Shown here piece by piece: positions 26,929 through 31,362 of a stretch of DNA of 31,362 nt (positions are counted from its first letter, which is position 1; the number at the start of each line of letters is the position of its first letter). The translations under genes were made by a program, and so were the position numbers. Where the stretch lies: positions 1 through 31,362 of the forward strand of contig CAYFGJ010000001.1 of NCBI GenBank assembly GCA_964342835.1, written 5' to 3'. The DNA is from an uncultured Ectothiorhodospiraceae bacterium (GTDB taxonomy: Bacteria; Pseudomonadota; Gammaproteobacteria; GCA-002705445; GCA-002716945). Under the pieces are notes generated by a model. The model was not told the DNA's origin. It was given only the letters and a program-made list of their open reading frames with translations, and did no database searches.

Positions 26929-27369
26929 TTAAGTTTTTTCTATACCAGCTTTTTTATACCAGTATTGTGCTTTTTCAATATCCTGCGGCACCATTTTACC
27001 TTCTTCATAAATCATAGCCAGTGTAGTCGCAGAACCAAGTAGTCCTTGTTCAGCAGCCTTAGTAAACCACTCTATACTTTTATTAATATCTTTTTCAATA
27101 CATTCGCCTTCAAAATACATAAATCCAATTGCATGTTGTGCTAGAGCAAAACCATTTTGAGCAGATTTAAGCATAAATTCATATGCTTTATCAGTATCTT
27201 CCATACAACCAAGTCCATTTTGCAACATAATGGCCATTCGATACAAAGCATCTACATTACCCTCATCAGCTATTGGTGATAGTAATTTAATAGCATGTGC
27301 AAAATTCTTAGTTTCAAATGCAGCTATTCCACTTTCTAATTCCATTGCTCTGTTTTCATATTTATCCAT
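26929..27369 (-). CDS. Sel1-repeat (TPR-like) protein
   Basis: Repeated A..G...A...L...Y..G.G...D...A..W..KAA..G units. Confidence 0.85.
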   Translation of the reverse strand: MDKYENRAMELESGIAAFETKNFAHAIKLLSPIADEGNVDALYRMAIMLQNGLGCMEDTDKAYEFMLKSAQNGFALAQHAIGFMYFEGECIEKDINKSIEWFTKAAEQGLLGSATTLAMIYEEGKMVPQDIEKAQYWYKKAGIEKT

Positions 27370-27370
27370 T

Positions 27371-27634
27371 TTAATCTTCTAATAATGGCTGAAGTTTTCC
27401 ATCCATATCATGTTCAACTAAATCATCAAATCCCCCAACATGATAATCAAGGTCTGGTCCAATGAAAATTTGCGGCACAGATTGTCTTCCTGATTTTTCC
27501 ATCATAATTTGAGCTTGATCAGGATTTTCATCTATTTTGATTTCTTCATAAGGTATATTTTTTTTATCAAAAAAAAATTTTGCTCTTTGGCAATATGAAC
27601 ATATTCTTGTGCTAAACATCGTTACTTTTTTCAT
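27371..27634 (-). CDS. grxC: Glutaredoxin 3-like protein
   Basis: CSYC, GRQSVPQIFI, HVGGFDDL. Confidence 0.9.
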   Translation of the reverse strand: MKKVTMFSTRICSYCQRAKFFFDKKNIPYEEIKIDENPDQAQIMMEKSGRQSVPQIFIGPDLDYHVGGFDDLVEHDMDGKLQPLLED

Positions 27635-27648
27635 TAGTTAAACTCCGA

Positions 27649-27978
27649 CTAATAATGAGTAATTTTTCTATTTACATTTTTTTGTACAACTATACCTATA
27701 ATATCATAGGAATTATCTAATTTTATTTCTGGATATAAATCATTAAGTGGAATTAAATATTGTCCTGTTTTGTTTTCTATAAATTTTCTAAACCACCGGA
27801 CACCATCATATTCTACAAAAACATAATCACCATTTTTGCATTGTGTAGTTGGATCAATAATTACTATACAATTTCTAGGGAATTCTTTTTCCATAGAATC
27901 ATCCGTAACTTGTAATGCATATGGTTCTGATGCTCCGCATTCTGAATGTAGTTCAGTAATTTTTTTTTCACTTGTCAT
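27649..27978 (-). CDS. Stand-alone S24 peptidase-like domain protein
   Basis: ALQV.DDSM...F..N.IVIIDP....NGD.V, FRKF, L.PLN..YP; no DNA-binding domain. Confidence 0.8.
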   Translation of the reverse strand: MTSEKKITELHSECGASEPYALQVTDDSMEKEFPRNCIVIIDPTTQCKNGDYVFVEYDGVRWFRKFIENKTGQYLIPLNDLYPEIKLDNSYDIIGIVVQKNVNRKITHY

Positions 27979-27993
27979 AATTCTATATTATCT

Positions 27994-29064
27994 TCATTTA
28001 ACAAGTAATTTCCATAAGTAACCACTGGTATTAATTATAAATAATTCTCCCTTACTATTTATCTCAATATCACGCAGTCTTCCTATTTTATCTTCAAAAA
28101 CAATATGTTGTTTTTTAACTTTTCCATCTACAAAATCTAACCGATATAGTGTTCTATACTTAAGAGAAGTTACCAACACATCTCCTTTCCAATCTGGATA
28201 AGCATCGCCATCATAAATAAGAATATTACTTACTGCAATAGATGGTGTCCAAGTATGAATTGGTTTTGTAAAACCAGGCTTCCATGCACTACCATCACCA
28301 ATTTTAGTTCCACTATAATTAGTTCCACCCCATCCAATTATTTTCCAACCATAATTTTCACCAAATTTAACTTCACCAAAAAAATCACCACCTCTTGCGC
28401 CATGATTAGAAATATATACTTTCCCATTAAAGGGTGATAAATACATACCTTGCGGGTTTCTAATGCCTATTTGATATACTTCTGGTAACCAATTAGGTTT
28501 ATCTATAAATTTAGGATTATCTTTAGGAATAGATCCATCGATATTTATTCTAATAATACTTCCTGGATGATTAGTTATATCTTGAGCAATCATTCCTCCG
28601 CCACGTTCACCAACAGATGCATACAAATGATTATTTTTTATTACAATGCGTGAACCAAAATGATATCCACTACTAATAGGTGGCTCTGCTCTAAATATAT
28701 TTTTAAAAATAATTTCTTTTTCATTATACAGACCTCTTGCTATTGAAGTTGATGTGCTTCCTTCTCCTCTATCTTCAGAATAACTAACATAAACATATTC
28801 ATCTTTATACAAAATATCTAATAAACCACCTTGACCATAATAATAAAAATCTAAATTATGTTCGATCGTGTATCTTTTTCCATTAGTCATGTCTACTCTT
28901 TTGATGTCACCTGTTTTTTCAGTAATAAGTAAATTATTATCATCAATAAAAGACATACCCCACGGCTCAGAAAGTCTATTAGTAACTTGTATAAGTTCAA
29001 TGTCTTCAGAAAATGTAGGAACTGAAATAAAAAATAACACAAAAAAATAAAAAGAGTTCTTCAT
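27994..29064 (-). CDS. PQQ-dependent aldose/sorbosone dehydrogenase (YliI-like)
   Basis: Signal peptide, L.EPWGM.F, GQGGLLD, HFGSRI, GIRNPQG, HGARGGD, NYGW, GRLRDI. Confidence 0.88.
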   Translation of the reverse strand: MKNSFYFFVLFFISVPTFSEDIELIQVTNRLSEPWGMSFIDDNNLLITEKTGDIKRVDMTNGKRYTIEHNLDFYYYGQGGLLDILYKDEYVYVSYSEDRGEGSTSTSIARGLYNEKEIIFKNIFRAEPPISSGYHFGSRIVIKNNHLYASVGERGGGMIAQDITNHPGSIIRINIDGSIPKDNPKFIDKPNWLPEVYQIGIRNPQGMYLSPFNGKVYISNHGARGGDFFGEVKFGENYGWKIIGWGGTNYSGTKIGDGSAWKPGFTKPIHTWTPSIAVSNILIYDGDAYPDWKGDVLVTSLKYRTLYRLDFVDGKVKKQHIVFEDKIGRLRDIEINSKGELFIINTSGYLWKLLVK

Positions 29065-29071
29065 AATAAAA

Positions 29072-29545
29072 TTATCTTTTTGACTGAAAAAATTTCTTCA
29101 ATAATTCAGATGATTCTTTTTCCATTATTCCTGATATAACTTCAGGCTTATGATGACATGATGAAGATTCAAATATCATTGGGCCATGTTTTACACCACC
29201 GCTTTTAGGATCATCTGCCGCATAAAACAGTCTGTCTAATCTAGCAATACTTATTGCATGTGCGCACATAGGGCAAGGTTCTAAACTTACATATATATCA
29301 CAACCTAATAATCTTTCATTCGATAAAACATTAGTAGCTTTTTGGATTGCAAGCATTTCTGCATGAGCTATTGCATTTCGAAGTTCACGCATTTGGTTTG
29401 AAAATGCAGCAACAATCTCAGAGTTTCTTCTTTGTACAATTACAGCGCCAACTGGTACTTCATCTTTTTCAAAAGCTGTTCTTGCCAATTCAATTGTAAG
29501 ACCCATAAATAATATAGAATTCTCAGAATTATTCTTTGTTATCAC
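29072..29545 (-). CDS. tadA: tRNA adenosine deaminase / nucleoside deaminase
   Basis: EVPVGAVIV, AHAE, EPCPMC; GTG start overlaps the pyrC stop (GTGA). Confidence 0.8.
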   Translation of the reverse strand: MITKNNSENSILFMGLTIELARTAFEKDEVPVGAVIVQRRNSEIVAAFSNQMRELRNAIAHAEMLAIQKATNVLSNERLLGCDIYVSLEPCPMCAHAISIARLDRLFYAADDPKSGGVKHGPMIFESSSCHHKPEVISGIMEKESSELLKKFFQSKR

Positions 29546-30879
29546 TGTTCAGTCTCTTCAAAAATAATTGGCTTACCTATCGGTGAACCGATTATTTCAT
29601 TTTCTAGCATTACAATATTCCCTCTGATAATAGTAGCATGAGGCCATCCTTTAACTTTCATTCCATCATAAGGGGTCCACCCCGTTTTAGATTTTTGTTG
29701 TGCATTTGTAATTTCCATTTCTTTATTCATATCAACAATTGTAAAATCAGCATCATAATCTATTTTTATTCTTCCTTTGCCTAAAATTTTATGAATTCTC
29801 TCTGGTCCGTATGACCATAGTTCCACAAGCCTTTCTAATGACAATTTATTATTATTTACATGATTCAACATTATAGGGACTAATGTTTGAACACCTGGAG
29901 TCCCACTTGGAGATGAAGGATATTTTTGATTTTTTTCTTCAAGTGTATGTGGGGCATGATCACTTGCAATAATATCTACAACTTTATTACGAAGAGCTTT
30001 CCAAAGTGCATCTTGATGATTTTTCTCTCTTATGGGAGGATTTTGTTGTGCTAGAGTACCTAATCTTTCATAACATTCAGGTGCCGTTAAAGTTAAATGA
30101 TTAGCTAAAAGTTCAACACTTGCAATATTTTTATTTTTAGCAAGTAAATCCATCTCTTCTGATGTAGTTATATGAAGAACATGTACACGTCTGTTGTGTT
30201 TTTTTGCAATATTCAACAATCTGCTAGTAGCAGAGAAACAACTCTCAGGTGAACGCCATTTACAATGCAATGCCACATCATTACTATCGCCTAAAATGGT
30301 TTTCTTATTTTCATCCATTATGAATTGATCTTCGGCATGTACTGCTACAACTCTTTTCCCATTTGATAGAACTGATTCTACTTCTTCGTCAGTTGCTGCT
30401 AGTAATTCTCCAAAACTTGCTCCCATAAAAATTTTTATACCGCAGATTCCAAGAGCATTTTCCCATTTAGGCAAATTTGGCCCATTTTTTCCTGTTCCAC
30501 CCAAATAAAAGGCATAATCTGACCATGGAGCTCTAGCGGCTCTTTTCATCTTGTCTTCGATAGATTCTGGATCAATTGTTAGTGGCTTTGTATTTGGCAT
30601 CTCAAATATTGATGTGACTCCACCTGCCACAGCTGCCATCATACCTGATTCTAAATTTTCCTTGTTTTCTAACCCAGGTTCTCTGAAATGACATTGACTA
30701 TCTATAACACCTGGTAATACATGCAATCCTTTGCAATCTATAACTTTCTGAGCATCTAGGTTACTATCGTTAGTAATAGTTGCTATTTTCCCATTTTTGA
30801 TACCAACATGACATTGCTTCAGACTATCTGGCAACATTACTTCACCGTTTGTTAATAATAAATCGTACTTATCAGACAA
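29542..30879 (-). CDS. pyrC: Dihydroorotase (amidohydrolase superfamily)
   Basis: DSQCHFREPG, GGVT..FEMPNT.P, HAED, HVLHITT, NPPIR, SDHAPHT..EK, KSKTGWTPYDG; TTG start with GGAGG SD. Confidence 0.88.
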   Translation of the reverse strand: MSDKYDLLLTNGEVMLPDSLKQCHVGIKNGKIATITNDSNLDAQKVIDCKGLHVLPGVIDSQCHFREPGLENKENLESGMMAAVAGGVTSIFEMPNTKPLTIDPESIEDKMKRAARAPWSDYAFYLGGTGKNGPNLPKWENALGICGIKIFMGASFGELLAATDEEVESVLSNGKRVVAVHAEDQFIMDENKKTILGDSNDVALHCKWRSPESCFSATSRLLNIAKKHNRRVHVLHITTSEEMDLLAKNKNIASVELLANHLTLTAPECYERLGTLAQQNPPIREKNHQDALWKALRNKVVDIIASDHAPHTLEEKNQKYPSSPSGTPGVQTLVPIMLNHVNNNKLSLERLVELWSYGPERIHKILGKGRIKIDYDADFTIVDMNKEMEITNAQQKSKTGWTPYDGMKVKGWPHATIIRGNIVMLENEIIGSPIGKPIIFEETEQ

Positions 30880-30972
30880 TTAAATACCCTCCAAATAATC
30901 ATTGTATCAATATACTAGTTTTTTTGTAAAAAATTGCCGGAATATGATATGCTCTCATCTACAAATAAAATT

Positions 30973-31362
30973 ATGAGAAAATATCTAGATATAGCAGGAA
31001 TATCATTATCAGGAGTGTGTTTTATACATTGTCTATTAACCCCAATAATGATCATGATTAGTCCAATCATTAGTTTCGGTTTTTTTTCATCTCATGAATT
31101 TCATGAAACTATCATATACTTTGTCATACCTTTCGCAGTAATAGCTTTAGCAATTGGGTGTAAAAAACACCATGATTTAATTGTTGCTATACTAGGTATA
31201 GTGGGTATATTTATACTATTTACAGCTTTATGGGTTCATGAACATGAAAGTAATTTTCCAGAAGTTTACGCAATCCTAATTACAATGACAGGTAGTCTTA
31301 TAATAATCGGTGCTCATTATAGAAATCGTCTTCTTTGTCAAAAAGAAGAATATAAATGTCAC
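30973..31362 (+). CDS. MerC-domain membrane protein (truncated by window end; absent from the supplied ORF track)
   Basis: Hand translation, open to the edge: MRKYLDIAGISLSGVCFIHCLLTP...HEFHE...GCKKHH...HYRNRLLC; the CxxHC motif and four hydrophobic segments fit MerC. Confidence 0.75.
   Translation, partial: MRKYLDIAGISLSGVCFIHCLLTPIMIMISPIISFGFFSSHEFHETIIYFVIPFAVIALAIGCKKHHDLIVAILGIVGIFILFTALWVHEHESNFPEVYAILITMTGSLIIIGAHYRNRLLCQKEEYKCH

Noticed and set aside
1249-28437. Short opposite-strand or out-of-frame ORFs in the supplied track (e.g. 1249-1461, 2916-3293, 11651-12049, 14076-14372, 23253-23453, 28255-28437)
   Set aside because: They lie entirely within well-conserved genes and have no recognisable motifs; treated as shadow ORFs.

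Overview
AT-rich (roughly 30% GC by eye), tightly packed bacterial window from a sulfur oxidizer, most likely a streamlined proteobacterium. It holds a complete reverse-Dsr operon on the minus strand (dsrABEFHCMKLJOPNR, 551-12768). Divergent from it is an accessory operon: a TauD-like dioxygenase, an orphan Cas6-like RAMP protein with no CRISPR array or other cas gene, a cysteine-less DsrC paralog and small hypothetical proteins. Next comes a metal-uptake block (OprC-like Cu receptor with a candidate RSPP arrest-peptide leader, FecA-like Fe receptor, ExbB, two ExbDs, TonB), then a pyrC-tadA-aldose dehydrogenase-S24-grx-Sel1-cysG run and a MerC-like gene cut by the right edge. The strongest unexplained signal is non-coding (21466-21779). 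A Fur-boxed sigma70 promoter appears to drive a ~170-nt terminated transcript carrying an anti-Shine-Dalgarno seed. That seed is duplicated (26/27 nt) in the 3' UTR of the Fur-boxed iron receptor and matches the dsrJ ribosome-binding site at 11/11 bp, with weaker pairing to dsrA and dsrM. This suggests an iron-sparing sRNA circuit on reverse-Dsr sulfur oxidation. All calls rest on motif recognition by eye; no searches or folding were run.
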